Positions 28,502 to 37,843 of a stretch of 64,000 nt of DNA are shown here, piece after piece. Where the stretch lies: assembly GCA_965277285.1 (NCBI GenBank), contig OZ255721.1, positions 1,824,001 through 1,888,000 on the forward strand, given 5' to 3'. The notes below the pieces were generated by a model, which was not told where the DNA came from, searched no databases, and saw only the letters and a program-made list of their open reading frames with translations. Made by a program: the position numbers and the translations under genes. Within the stretch, counting starts at the first letter, position 1. Each line of letters starts with the position of its first letter. This DNA is from Abditibacteriaceae bacterium. Its GTDB lineage: Bacteria > Armatimonadota > Abditibacteriia > Abditibacteriales > Abditibacteriaceae.

Positions 28502-29650
28502 ATGACTTCAGCACCTTCTGTCGTGCGGCAGGAAAAAGTGGCACAGAAAATGGATGGCGACACGACAGCAAGCGGCGCGCCTCGCCCTTCGACGGCGGCA
28601 CAACGAGACGGCACACGCGTTATTTATTTCGATGTGATTCGCGCCTGTGCCATGGTTTGCGTCATCCTGATTCACGTTTCCGTCGGCGAATTGTATAGCG
28701 GGCGGATAGGTTCATTTTCTTGGTGGGCCGCGGACTTTTTCGATTCTTTCGCGCGGCCTTGTGTCCCACTTTTTCTGATGACGAGCGGCGCTCTGCTGCT
28801 CGAAGAACGCCACAAAGAAAGCGTGCATACTTTCTTTAAGAAACGCGCGATGCGAGTGATTCTCCCGTTTGCGTTTTGGGCGGCGGTCTACATGATGTGG
28901 CGCATCGGGTTTCACCACGAGCACATGACACTGCGCTCTTTGTTGGTGAATTTATGGACTGGAAACGTTTATCTTCATCTCTGGTTTATTTACACCATCA
29001 TCGGCTTGTATTTAGTGACACCAATTTTGCGCGTTTTTGTGCGTCACACCGCGCCCGATGTGTGGAAACTCTTCTTCACACTTTGGTTTATCTTCGGTTC
29101 AGTTTTCCTCTTCGTCCAAAAAGCCACCGGCCTGGGATTTAACATCGATCCGCCGTTGGTGACGGGCTATGCAGGTTATTTTCTGCTCGGATGGTATTTG
29201 CACCATCATTATCAGCAGAAGACAAATGCCGCGTTGCTGTGGAAAATCATTGCTCTCACGATTTTTACGGCTGTCGCCACCCACTTTATATCGGTGAAGA
29301 AAGGCTCGGCGGCGGAAGCGTTCTTCGTCTTCCTCAACCCGAACATCGTTATAGCGAGCTTTTACGCGTTTTTATTTTTCCGAGACTACGATTGGAAAAA
29401 GCTTTTTCAACGCGCGCCATTGTTGAATCGCCTGGTCATGCTGCTTAGTTCGGCCAGCCTGGGCATTTACTTTGTTCACGTCCTCGTGCTGGAACTTATC
29501 AGCGGGCAATACTTGCCTTTCGCCATGATCGGCAGCAAATTGCCCGCAATTATCAGCATTCCCTGGATGACATTGATGACAACGTTCCTATCGCTGATGA
29601 TTGTTCTGGCTATGAAAAAATTGCCGTTACTCAAACTCTTCGTGGCCTGA
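28502..29650 (+). CDS. Acyltransferase family 3 (WecH/YiaH-like O-acetyltransferase)
   Basis: FDVIRACAM..VILIH, RPCVPLFLMTSG, HLWFIY, SLGIYFVH; multi-TM. Confidence 0.9.
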   Translation: MTSAPSVVRQEKVAQKMDGDTTASGAPRPSTAAQRDGTRVIYFDVIRACAMVCVILIHVSVGELYSGRIGSFSWWAADFFDSFARPCVPLFLMTSGALLLEERHKESVHTFFKKRAMRVILPFAFWAAVYMMWRIGFHHEHMTLRSLLVNLWTGNVYLHLWFIYTIIGLYLVTPILRVFVRHTAPDVWKLFFTLWFIFGSVFLFVQKATGLGFNIDPPLVTGYAGYFLLGWYLHHHYQQKTNAALLWKIIALTIFTAVATHFISVKKGSAAEAFFVFLNPNIVIASFYAFLFFRDYDWKKLFQRAPLLNRLVMLLSSASLGIYFVHVLVLELISGQYLPFAMIGSKLPAIISIPWMTLMTTFLSLMIVLAMKKLPLLKLFVA

Positions 29651-29701
29651 GAAGAACGAACCGTAAGCACAAGGAAAAGCCGCATCGAGTACTCGATAAC
29701 G

Positions 29702-29739
29702 AAAAGGCCCGCACTTAAAATCAAGTGCGGGCTTTCTTT
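29702..29739. terminator. Bidirectional Rho-independent terminator
   Basis: aaaaggcccgcactt-aaaatc-aagtgcgggctttcttt between convergent genes. Confidence 0.8.
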
Positions 29740-29751
29740 GTGCCTTTGAAA

Positions 29752-31029
29752 TTACTGAACCATGCCAGCGCCGACCGTGACGTTGGTTGCTTCATCAATC
29801 AGAATTAAACTTCCGGTTTCGCGGTTGATTTTGTAAGGATCGACGCACAAAGGAACCGTAGTACGCAAAGTCAGGCGCGCGATGTCGTTCAGGCCGACGT
29901 GAGTTTCGCCTTCGACGCGTTCCAAGCTCGTGATATTGACTTTGTAATTGACGGCTTTAACGACGCATCGCGCATCTTTGGTCGTGTGTTTCAAGGCGTA
30001 TCTACCGCCGATTTGCAGCGGCTTATCGCTCAGCCAGCAAACCATGATTTCCAAATCTTGCGTCACATTGGGCGGACAATCGCCGCCAGAAATCAGGTCG
30101 CCGCGCGAAATGTCGATGTCATCTTTCAAGCGAATCGTAACGCTTTGCGGCGCGAACGTCGCATCGAGTACGCGATCCATTTGCTCGATTGCTTCGATGT
30201 GCGACGTTTGGCCGGACGGAAAAACTTTGACCGCATCGCCGACGCGAAAAACGCCGCCCGCAACGCGCCCCGCATAGCCGCGATAATCGTGATATTCGTC
30301 GCTCATCGGGCGAATCACGTATTGAACTGGAAAGCGCGCATGACTGAGATCGCGGTCGTTTTCAATGGGAAGATTTTCCAGCAAACCCAACAACGTTGGC
30401 CCGCCATACCAATTCATGTTTGTCGATTCGTCAACTACGTTATCGCCCTTGAGAGCCGAAACCGGCAGAAAATGAACGTCCAAACCGTCGGCAATTTGAC
30501 TGGCCATGTCGCGGAACTGCTGGCAAATCTCGTCAAAACGCGATTCGCTCCAATCGACCAAATCCATTTTATTGACGCAAACCAGAACGTGCGGAATGCC
30601 CAGCAAACTGGCGATATACGTGTGACGCCGCGTTTGTTCGATCACCCCATGACGCGCGTCGATGAGGATAATGGCGGCGTTCGCGGTGCTGGCGCCGGTC
30701 ACCATGTTACGCGTGTATTGAATGTGGCCGGGCGTATCGGCGACGATGAATTTGCGGCGCGGCGTCGCAAAATAGCGATACGCGACATCAATCGTGATGC
30801 CCTGCTCGCGTTCGGCGCGCAAACCATCAGTCAAAAGCGCGAGGTTGACGTTTTCCTCGCCGCGCTTTTCCGAAGTGGCGACAATCGCGTCGTATTGGTC
30901 TTCAAAAATCGACTTGGAATCGTACAAAAGCCGCCCGATGAGCGTACTTTTGCCGTCGTCCACGCTGCCCGCCGTCGTGAAGCGCAGCAGTTCCATGTCG
31001 AGATAAGCGGTGGGAGAATGTTCAGTCAT
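29752..31029 (-). CDS. cysN: Sulfate adenylyltransferase subunit 1 (GTPase)
   Basis: TAGSVDDGKSTLIGRLL, AEREQGITIDVAYRYF, ADTPGH, NKMD; no fused APS kinase. Confidence 0.96.
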   Translation of the reverse strand: MTEHSPTAYLDMELLRFTTAGSVDDGKSTLIGRLLYDSKSIFEDQYDAIVATSEKRGEENVNLALLTDGLRAEREQGITIDVAYRYFATPRRKFIVADTPGHIQYTRNMVTGASTANAAIILIDARHGVIEQTRRHTYIASLLGIPHVLVCVNKMDLVDWSESRFDEICQQFRDMASQIADGLDVHFLPVSALKGDNVVDESTNMNWYGGPTLLGLLENLPIENDRDLSHARFPVQYVIRPMSDEYHDYRGYAGRVAGGVFRVGDAVKVFPSGQTSHIEAIEQMDRVLDATFAPQSVTIRLKDDIDISRGDLISGGDCPPNVTQDLEIMVCWLSDKPLQIGGRYALKHTTKDARCVVKAVNYKVNITSLERVEGETHVGLNDIARLTLRTTVPLCVDPYKINRETGSLILIDEATNVTVGAGMVQ

Positions 31030-31038
31030 AAGAAAGGA

Positions 31039-31150
31039 AATGATGAATGATGAATACGGAATGATGAATCCGAAGCGGACTTCGAGTACTCGATTCGCTT
31101 AGCGCAAGTATTGAAGCGCATTCATCATTCCGTATTCATCATTCATCATT
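31039..31150. repeat. 31-bp perfect inverted repeat of heptamers (AATGATG) enclosing a TCGAGTACTCGA
   Basis: aatgatgaatgatgaatacggaatgatgaat (31039-31069) with its exact reverse complement at 31120-31150. Confidence 0.9.
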
Positions 31151-31151
31151 C

Positions 31152-32048
31152 TTAAAAGTAGCCTGCTTTTTTACGGTCTTCCATCGCGGCTTCGCTGCGC
31201 TTGTCATCGGCGCGCGTGCCACGTTCGGTCGTGCGCGAGGCCGCGACTTCCTGGATAATGTCTTCCAAACTGTTGGCCGGGCTTTCGACCGCGCCGGTGC
31301 AAGTCGCGTCGCCGACGGTGCGGAAACGAACTTGTTTTTGCAGCACGGTTTCGTTCGGGCGCGGCTCTAAAAACTCGGTTTGCGCCAGCCACATTCCGTC
31401 GCGCTGAAAAACCGGACGCTGATGCGTGAAATACAAGCTGGGCAAAGCGATATTTTCCTGCGCGATATATTGCCAGACATCCATTTCCGTCCAGTTGGAA
31501 ATCGGGAAAACGCGAAAATGTTCGCCCACGGCTTTGCGGCCATTGAACAAATTCCACAGTTCGGGACGCTGATTTTTCGGATCCCACTGCGAGAACTCGT
31601 CGCGGTGCGAAAAGAAACGCTCTTTGGCGCGCGCCTTTTCCTCATCGCGCCGTGCGCCGCCAATCGCGCAATCGAACTTCAGTTCTTCAAGCGCATCGAC
31701 CAACGTCGTGGTTTGCAACGCGTTGCGGCTGGCGTTCGGGCCTTTTTCTTCAGCCACGCGACCTTGATCAATGGAATCTTGAACCGAACGCACGATCAGT
31801 TTCGCATCGAGTACTCGAATCCATTCGTCGCGGTAGGTAATTGTTTCGGCGAAGTTATGGCCGGTGTCGATGTGCATCAAGGGAAACGGAATCTTGGCTG
31901 GCCAGAACGCTTTGCGCGCCAGATGCGACACGACAATCGAATCTTTGCCGCCCGAAAACAACAAAACCGGACGCTCAAATTGCGCCGCGACCTCGCGCAA
32001 AACGGTGATGCTTTCGCTTTCTAATTCCTGCAAATGAGTCAATTTCAT
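31152..32048 (-). CDS. cysD: Sulfate adenylyltransferase subunit 2
   Basis: LFSGGKDS, GGARRDEEKARAKER, WDPKNQRPELW, MEDRKKAGYF. Confidence 0.96.
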   Translation of the reverse strand: MKLTHLQELESESITVLREVAAQFERPVLLFSGGKDSIVVSHLARKAFWPAKIPFPLMHIDTGHNFAETITYRDEWIRVLDAKLIVRSVQDSIDQGRVAEEKGPNASRNALQTTTLVDALEELKFDCAIGGARRDEEKARAKERFFSHRDEFSQWDPKNQRPELWNLFNGRKAVGEHFRVFPISNWTEMDVWQYIAQENIALPSLYFTHQRPVFQRDGMWLAQTEFLEPRPNETVLQKQVRFRTVGDATCTGAVESPANSLEDIIQEVAASRTTERGTRADDKRSEAAMEDRKKAGYF

Positions 32049-32266
32049 GGGACGAAGAAGTGTTGAAGAAGTCATCGTGCGAGATAAACGCGCCAAAACA
32101 AAACGGGAGCCATCTTTCTCGACCTGCGAGATAGAAAAACTTTTCGACAAGCCTTTTTTACAATAATCGGCGCCATGAGACAAGCGTTTGCGAAATACGT
32201 TAGGCGTAAACGATCATTTATCGTCGGCGCACCAAACCTGTTTTCGGCAGGAAATCGGAGCAAACT

Positions 32267-32950
32267 ATGAAAATCGCACCGTCGTTTCGTGTTTTTTGCG
32301 TCGCGTCACTTTGTTTGGTGATGTTTATCAGCACGCCTTGTGGCCTGACGAACCGTGCTCGCGCTGTCACGGTAGGAAAAGGCAAATCGCAATTTTTGCG
32401 CGGCACCAACAAGTCGTCGCGTCCGGTTTTAGAAGGTCGAGTACTCGAAGATCGCACACAAACCTTCGGTTTTTCGGATTCGATGGAATCGATGGTATTC
32501 TGGACGCTGAGCGGAACGGTGGAAGAGCGAATCGTGCGTCGCAAAGGCAGCAAAACGCTCGATTTTTATTTTTGCATCAAAAACGATGCGTCTTCAACGC
32601 TCGACATCGTTCTGGTGCAACGTTTTGGTTTCGACCGTTTTCCTGCTGTCGATGTGGACTATCGCAACGACAAAAGTGGAAAAGTTGGTGCCTCTTCGGT
32701 GCGCTTTGTTCCCACACTTCCTCATGCCTGGAGTTTCTTCCCCGATTCCGACCAACAGCGCCACGTGCCCGTCACATTTGACTTTAGCCGCGCGCCCATC
32801 AAGCCAGGACAGCAATCGCGTTTTCATTTCGTCGGGACGACCGCCACATCGTATGACGCCAAGGGTTTTATGGGATTTTCAGCGATAAAACCTCCTGAAT
32901 CTACCAAAATCATTTTGTGCGGGCCGATTGTTGTCTTCGAGCCTCATTGA
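32267..32950 (+). CDS. Secreted hypothetical protein (paralog 1 of 3)
   Basis: Signal peptide; QFLRGT..RP.LEGRVLEDR, TLDFYF.IKND, IKPGQQSRFHF shared with the next two genes. Confidence 0.8.
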   Translation: MKIAPSFRVFCVASLCLVMFISTPCGLTNRARAVTVGKGKSQFLRGTNKSSRPVLEGRVLEDRTQTFGFSDSMESMVFWTLSGTVEERIVRRKGSKTLDFYFCIKNDASSTLDIVLVQRFGFDRFPAVDVDYRNDKSGKVGASSVRFVPTLPHAWSFFPDSDQQRHVPVTFDFSRAPIKPGQQSRFHFVGTTATSYDAKGFMGFSAIKPPESTKIILCGPIVVFEPH

Positions 32951-33049
32951 AAACACGCCGGGCATTTCGTAAATAGCGCGCAAGAATTGTTGAAGATTAG
33001 GGTTCAGCATTCCGCGTTCAAAAATCTTCGTCGCTCAACGGGAAAAGCA

Positions 33050-33706
33050 ATGAAAATTCTTCTGACTCGCACTTTCTTTTTGACATTTGTCGTTCTCGTC
33101 GGCGCGTGTTTTGAATTGCAAGCGGCGGCAAACGCCGTTTCGCTGGTGCAGGAAAGCGCGCAATTTATCAAGGGAACAACGCTGGCGGCGCGTCCCGAAC
33201 TGAGCGGTCGAGTACTCGAAGATCGCGTGCGGCCTTTCAATTTCGATGAAACGTTGAGTCCGACAAGCGCGACAAAGTTGCGCGGCACTTTTGAAGACGA
33301 AATCGTGCAGCGCAAAGGCAGCAAAACGCTGGATTTTTACTTTCGCATCAAAAACGATAAATCCTCCACGCAAACTATCACGCGCGTAGATCGCCTGGGT
33401 TTCGGCAATTTTTCTTCGCTCGATGTCGATTATCTCAAAGACAAAACGCGAAAATTTTTTGCTCACGCAACGGTGGCGCGTTTCTTTGAAAATCATCCCA
33501 ACCGACATTATCGCACTCTGCGGCCCCTCAGCTTTGATTTCAGCCAGTTTCCGATCAAGCCGGGACAAGAATCCACCTGGCATTTCATTGGTGCGTCCGC
33601 CACTTCTTACAGGGAAACGTTACCCGGGAGAAAAGACGTTGCTGTTCTCTGGTGCGGATCAACGCCTGTGTACAGGCCGATTTTCGCCTTCGTGCCGTCT
33701 TACTGA
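33050..33706 (+). CDS. Secreted hypothetical protein (paralog 2 of 3)
   Basis: QFIKGTTLAARPELSGRVLEDR, TLDFYFRIKND, IKPGQES. Confidence 0.8.
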   Translation: MKILLTRTFFLTFVVLVGACFELQAAANAVSLVQESAQFIKGTTLAARPELSGRVLEDRVRPFNFDETLSPTSATKLRGTFEDEIVQRKGSKTLDFYFRIKNDKSSTQTITRVDRLGFGNFSSLDVDYLKDKTRKFFAHATVARFFENHPNRHYRTLRPLSFDFSQFPIKPGQESTWHFIGASATSYRETLPGRKDVAVLWCGSTPVYRPIFAFVPSY

Positions 33707-33795
33707 AAACGGAAGACAAAGTGCGCCAAAATTATTGTATGTCATGGATTCAGCGTTCTTCAAACGAAAATCTTCGGCGCTGAATCGGAGGAAAT

Positions 33796-34449
33796 ATGAA
33801 AGCCTCATCGTTTCGTCGTTGGACTGTCGCATCGCTGGCGCCTGTGGTCATTGCCGGTGCGTGCTTGAATTGGCATCAGGCAGCGCGAGCAGTGCCGGTC
33901 GCGGCCAATACAACGCAGTTTTTGCATGGCACAACCGAAGCCGCGCGCCCTGAACTCGCCGGAACAGTACTCGAAGATCGCGTGCGGCCTTTCAACCTCA
34001 ATCAGTACCGAGGCCGAGCGCCCAAAAGCGGCTGGAAAGTGACCGGGACTTTTCAAGATCGCGTGGTGCGTCGCAACGATGGCCACACGCTCGATTTTTA
34101 TTTTCGCGTCACAAATGACGCATCTTCGACCGGCGACATCGTCGTTATTCGGCGCACCGGTTTCGGTCATTATCCGGTCGTGGACAGCGATTATCGCGTT
34201 GATGGATTAGGGCAAATCGGCGCGGCGTCCGTATCTTCCGATGACAGCTCCACGCGCATCAATTTCGACTTTACGGCAGTCCACATTCAGCCGGGACAGC
34301 AATCGCGCTTTCACTTCATCGGTGTGCGCGCCACATCTTATAACGAGCGCGGTGTCGCTTTTCTCGATGCCAACAACGGCGTCTTCACCACCTTTAATGT
34401 GTTTGAACCCAATGTGGGCGCGAGAAGACCGCCGCGTCCGCATCCGTAA
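33796..34449 (+). CDS. Secreted hypothetical protein (paralog 3 of 3)
   Basis: GGAGG SD; QFLHGTTEAARPELAGTVLEDR, TLDFYFRVTND, IQPGQQSRFHF. Confidence 0.82.
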   Translation: MKASSFRRWTVASLAPVVIAGACLNWHQAARAVPVAANTTQFLHGTTEAARPELAGTVLEDRVRPFNLNQYRGRAPKSGWKVTGTFQDRVVRRNDGHTLDFYFRVTNDASSTGDIVVIRRTGFGHYPVVDSDYRVDGLGQIGAASVSSDDSSTRINFDFTAVHIQPGQQSRFHFIGVRATSYNERGVAFLDANNGVFTTFNVFEPNVGARRPPRPHP

Positions 34450-34475
34450 AACTACGCTTTTCGCTTACATATATG

Positions 34476-34511
34476 ACAACGAGTACTCGAAACGTTTCGA
34501 GTACTCGTTGT
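34476..34511. repeat. 36-bp perfect palindrome made of two head-to-head motif copies
   Basis: acaacgagtactcgaaacgtttcgagtactcgttgt between convergent genes. Confidence 0.85.
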
Positions 34512-34528
34512 GTTTGCTGCACTTTCCT

Positions 34529-35053
34529 TCAGTTGGCGTGGTTGTTTGATGAATCGTCGCTTTCATCCGCCGGATGCTTCGCGTCGTCGAGGACTTTGTT
34601 CCAGGTGTCTTTGGCGGTGTCCTGCACTTCGCTTTTCACTTCGTGCGCCGCATCTTTGGCGCTGTCGAGGGTTTCGTCCAGGGCGTCTTTGGCATCATCG
34701 TTTTTGTCGCCGTCCTTTTGGGTGACGCTTTGCACTTTTTCGGCGACTTGATCGCGCACATCGGCGATTTTGGCTTTGGCGGCATCGGCAACGCTCGAGG
34801 CTTTTTCGCCCAGCGCACTGGCTTTTTCACCCAAAACGCTGGTGGTGCCGCTCAATTTTTCGCTCACGGTTTGCGTAACGTGACCGCTGGCGTCGGCGGC
34901 TTTTTCCTTGACGTGCGTTGCGCCTTCGGCAATGTCTTCGCGCATTTCCCCGCCACGCTTGGGCGCCAAAAGCAGCGCGACGCCCGCGCCGACCATCAGT
35001 CCCGTAACCAGGCCGCGCCAGTAACCTGTTTCGCTTTCGTCTTTTTCAAACAT
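34529..35053 (-). CDS. YtxH-domain protein
   Basis: GLMVGAGVALLLAPKRGGEMREDI plus LEA-like K/A/D-rich helix; GGAGG SD. Confidence 0.88.
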   Translation of the reverse strand: MFEKDESETGYWRGLVTGLMVGAGVALLLAPKRGGEMREDIAEGATHVKEKAADASGHVTQTVSEKLSGTTSVLGEKASALGEKASSVADAAKAKIADVRDQVAEKVQSVTQKDGDKNDDAKDALDETLDSAKDAAHEVKSEVQDTAKDTWNKVLDDAKHPADESDDSSNNHAN

Positions 35054-35139
35054 GAGATCGCCTCCGTTGCGTTTTCTGCTTTAAGAGTACTCGAAAGCGC
35101 CTAAAGTTGTCATAATTAGGAAACGGATTTTTCACCATT

Positions 35140-36258
35140 ATGAACACTTCTCTTCCTCAAAGCACCGCCGCGCGTTTGCAAAACGACGAACTTTCGCTGG
35201 GCGAAACGCCCGCCCTGATCGGTTTCGACGGTTTTATCGACTCGATTTATCATGTCGTCGATCAGCGACAAAGCGCCAATGAATATACGCGCTTGGGCAC
35301 TTTGCTGGAATATGGGACGCGCATCGCCAACGCAGCCGGCAAAAGCACCAACGTCGAACTGGTTTTGCAAGCGATTAAGTTGGGCGGCAATGGCCCGATT
35401 ATGGCGAATGCGATGTGCGCTCTGGGCACGCCTGTCACTTATTGCGGCATGGTCGGTTTTCCTTATGTGCATCCGGTTTTCAGCGAATTGGAAGAGCGCG
35501 CGCGCGTCCTCTCGTTTTCCGAAGCGGCCTTTACCGACGCCATCGAATTTGACGACGGCAAGTTGATTGTCGGCAAGCACGCGAATGTCAGCGAAGCCAA
35601 TTACGACACGATCACTGACCGCATCGGCGAAGTGATATGGCGCACGGCGTGGCAAAGCGCGCGCTTCGTGGCGATGGTGAACTGGACGATGCTGCCTTAT
35701 ATGACGGCGTTGTGGAAGCGCATTTTAGAGCAACCCGATTATTACGCGGGCGCGCGCAAAACCGTGTTCTTCGACCTGGCCGATCCAGAAAAACGCACCA
35801 ACTCCGACATCAAGGAAGCGCTCGAAACGATTTCCCAATTCGCCGATCATCACGACGTCATTTTGGGTTTGAACGAAAAAGAAGGTGAACACGTCGCGCG
35901 CGTGCTTGATGTTTTTGTGCCCTCAGAAAGCAAATCGCACGAGCAACATATGATGGACACAGCGAGCGCCATTCGCCAGAAATTGAACGTTCAAATTTGC
36001 GTGGTGCATCCAACGCAATTCGCCGCCGCCGCCGATGAGAATGGAACTGCTGTCGCGTCCGGCCCTTATACCGCCAAGCCGAAGATTTCGACGGGCGCGG
36101 GCGATCATTTCAATTCCGGCTTTTGCTTTGGTCGCCTGCTCGGCCTCGACATCGCGCAATCGTTGCAATGCGGCGTCGGCGTCAGCGGCTTTTACGTTCG
36201 CCAGGCGCACAGTCCAAGCCGCGCCGAATTGATCGATTTTCTGTCCTCGCTCGATTAA
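35140..36258 (+). CDS. PfkB/ribokinase-like carbohydrate kinase family protein
   Basis: KLGGNGPIMANA, LGLNEKE, STGAGDHFNSGF. Confidence 0.85.
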   Translation: MNTSLPQSTAARLQNDELSLGETPALIGFDGFIDSIYHVVDQRQSANEYTRLGTLLEYGTRIANAAGKSTNVELVLQAIKLGGNGPIMANAMCALGTPVTYCGMVGFPYVHPVFSELEERARVLSFSEAAFTDAIEFDDGKLIVGKHANVSEANYDTITDRIGEVIWRTAWQSARFVAMVNWTMLPYMTALWKRILEQPDYYAGARKTVFFDLADPEKRTNSDIKEALETISQFADHHDVILGLNEKEGEHVARVLDVFVPSESKSHEQHMMDTASAIRQKLNVQICVVHPTQFAAAADENGTAVASGPYTAKPKISTGAGDHFNSGFCFGRLLGLDIAQSLQCGVGVSGFYVRQAHSPSRAELIDFLSSLD

Positions 36259-36271
36259 CCAAACGCACATC

Positions 36272-36730
36272 TTGGCGGGCAATCGAGTACTCGATAAAGG
36301 TGATTCAAGGACGATTTTGCGCAACGTGGTCGCGTTTCAGTCGGAGTTTTATTTAACGCTCGACCAGAGCGCGAATGAAATGGCGCAGGCTTTGGGACGA
36401 ACTCTGGCGCGTCATCTGGCCAACGAGTTAGAGCGCAAAAACTTTGCGCCACAAGCGCCACAAACTGATGGTTACAATTGGCATTTTCTCTGTGCCAGCG
36501 AAGGCCAAAAGTTGCGCATTCAGATCAGCGAAAAAGGCAATAGCGAAATTGTTCAATGGCTCATCATCGTTAGCCCACAAACGAATTTTCTGACGCGTTG
36601 GTGGCAACTCAAACGGAGCCAAAATTTGAGAAAACTCTGCGCAGAACTTGACCAAATTCTGTGCGGCGATTCTTATATCAACAACGTGCAATGGTTCAGC
36701 GAAGTGGAATGGAAGCGCGCGTGCAAATAA
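36272..36730 (+). CDS. Hypothetical protein
   Basis: 152 aa ORF following pfkB on the same strand; start uncertain. Confidence 0.6.
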   Translation: MAGNRVLDKGDSRTILRNVVAFQSEFYLTLDQSANEMAQALGRTLARHLANELERKNFAPQAPQTDGYNWHFLCASEGQKLRIQISEKGNSEIVQWLIIVSPQTNFLTRWWQLKRSQNLRKLCAELDQILCGDSYINNVQWFSEVEWKRACK

Positions 36731-36738
36731 AGCGATGC

Positions 36739-36960
36739 TGCTCGAAGCAATGTTACGATAAATGCAAACCATGCCCTGCGAGTGAACTCGCGGCTTAACC
36801 ACCTGCGGCGGCAGCGGCGGCCTGCGCCGACGCAACATTGAGAGGACTCTATCTCTGGCGTCGGCGCAGGCCGCCGCTCCGGCGGGAGCCGCCCAGCCGC
36901 GAGTTCACTCGCAGGCACTGATTAGGTGGCAACTTGGGTTATTTATCGAAGCATCGGGCA
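36739..36960. repeat. Nested inverted-repeat element (MITE/REPIN-like)
   Basis: cctgcgagtgaactcgcggct 36775-36795 pairs with 36895-36915; agcggcggcctgcgccgacgc 36813-36833 pairs with 36858-36878; cgataaat 36756-36763 pairs with 36941-36948. Confidence 0.75.
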
Positions 36961-37108
36961 CCTGAACTTTGCCAAAGCCGAATTTAGCGAAAGCAATTTT
37001 CCAAGCGCGCAGATGCAGAACGTCGCGTGATTTTCTGCTTTGGTGCACCGCTGTCTTGCGCTAAACCGTCGCGCGACCACAGATTCCCCATTTTACTTTC
37101 GGCTTCTT

Positions 37109-37843
37109 ATGCTTTCTCGATACAACGTTGAAAATCCTGAACCCGACGCCTTGCGCCGCAAAACTCTGGAGGTTTATCAGGGTTTGCTCGAAATGCACGG
37201 CGAACCAGATTTCACGCCGCGCCGCGAACCTTTGCACGAACTGATTTCAACGATGTTGTCGCACCGCACGACCGAAGCCAACGAAGCCAAAGCGTTTTCG
37301 CAAATGTGGACGCGATTCGGCAGTTGGGAAGCGATCCGCGATGCGCCCTTGCCAGAACTCATTGAAACCATTGCGCCGTCCAATTTCGCGGGCGCCAAAG
37401 CACCCAACATCCAGAAAACCCTGCGCAAAATCATCGAAGAACGCGGCACGGCGAATATTGATTTTCTGCGCGATTTGTCCTCTGACGATGCGCTGCAATG
37501 GCTGACAAGTCTGCCCGGCGTCGGCGTAAAAACCGCGACACTCGTGCTGTTGTTTTGTTTTCACAAACCCGTCTTGCCAGTTGACACGCATTTGCATCGC
37601 GTCAGCATCCGACTGGGATTGATCGGCGAAAAGACCAGCGCCGAAGCCGCGCACGACATTTTGCTGTCGTTGCTGCCGCACGACGCGCGCATTTTGTTCA
37701 ACTTCCACATCACGATGCTGCGACACGGCCAGAAGATTTGCGTCTGGAAAAATCCGCGCTGCGAGCAATGTTCTTTGCGTCCCATTTGCGATTGGTATCA
37801 AGCACATCGAGTACTCGAAAGCGAGAACCATGACTCCTCGTGA
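37109..37843 (+). CDS. nth: Endonuclease III-family (HhH-GPD) DNA glycosylase
   Basis: LPGVGVKTA, PVDTHLHRV, C-terminal CVWKNPRCEQCSLRPIC 4Fe-4S motif. Confidence 0.85.
   Translation: MLSRYNVENPEPDALRRKTLEVYQGLLEMHGEPDFTPRREPLHELISTMLSHRTTEANEAKAFSQMWTRFGSWEAIRDAPLPELIETIAPSNFAGAKAPNIQKTLRKIIEERGTANIDFLRDLSSDDALQWLTSLPGVGVKTATLVLLFCFHKPVLPVDTHLHRVSIRLGLIGEKTSAEAAHDILLSLLPHDARILFNFHITMLRHGQKICVWKNPRCEQCSLRPICDWYQAHRVLESENHDSS

Noticed and set aside
29899..31050. 383-aa plus-strand ORF
   Set aside because: Antisense shadow of cysN.
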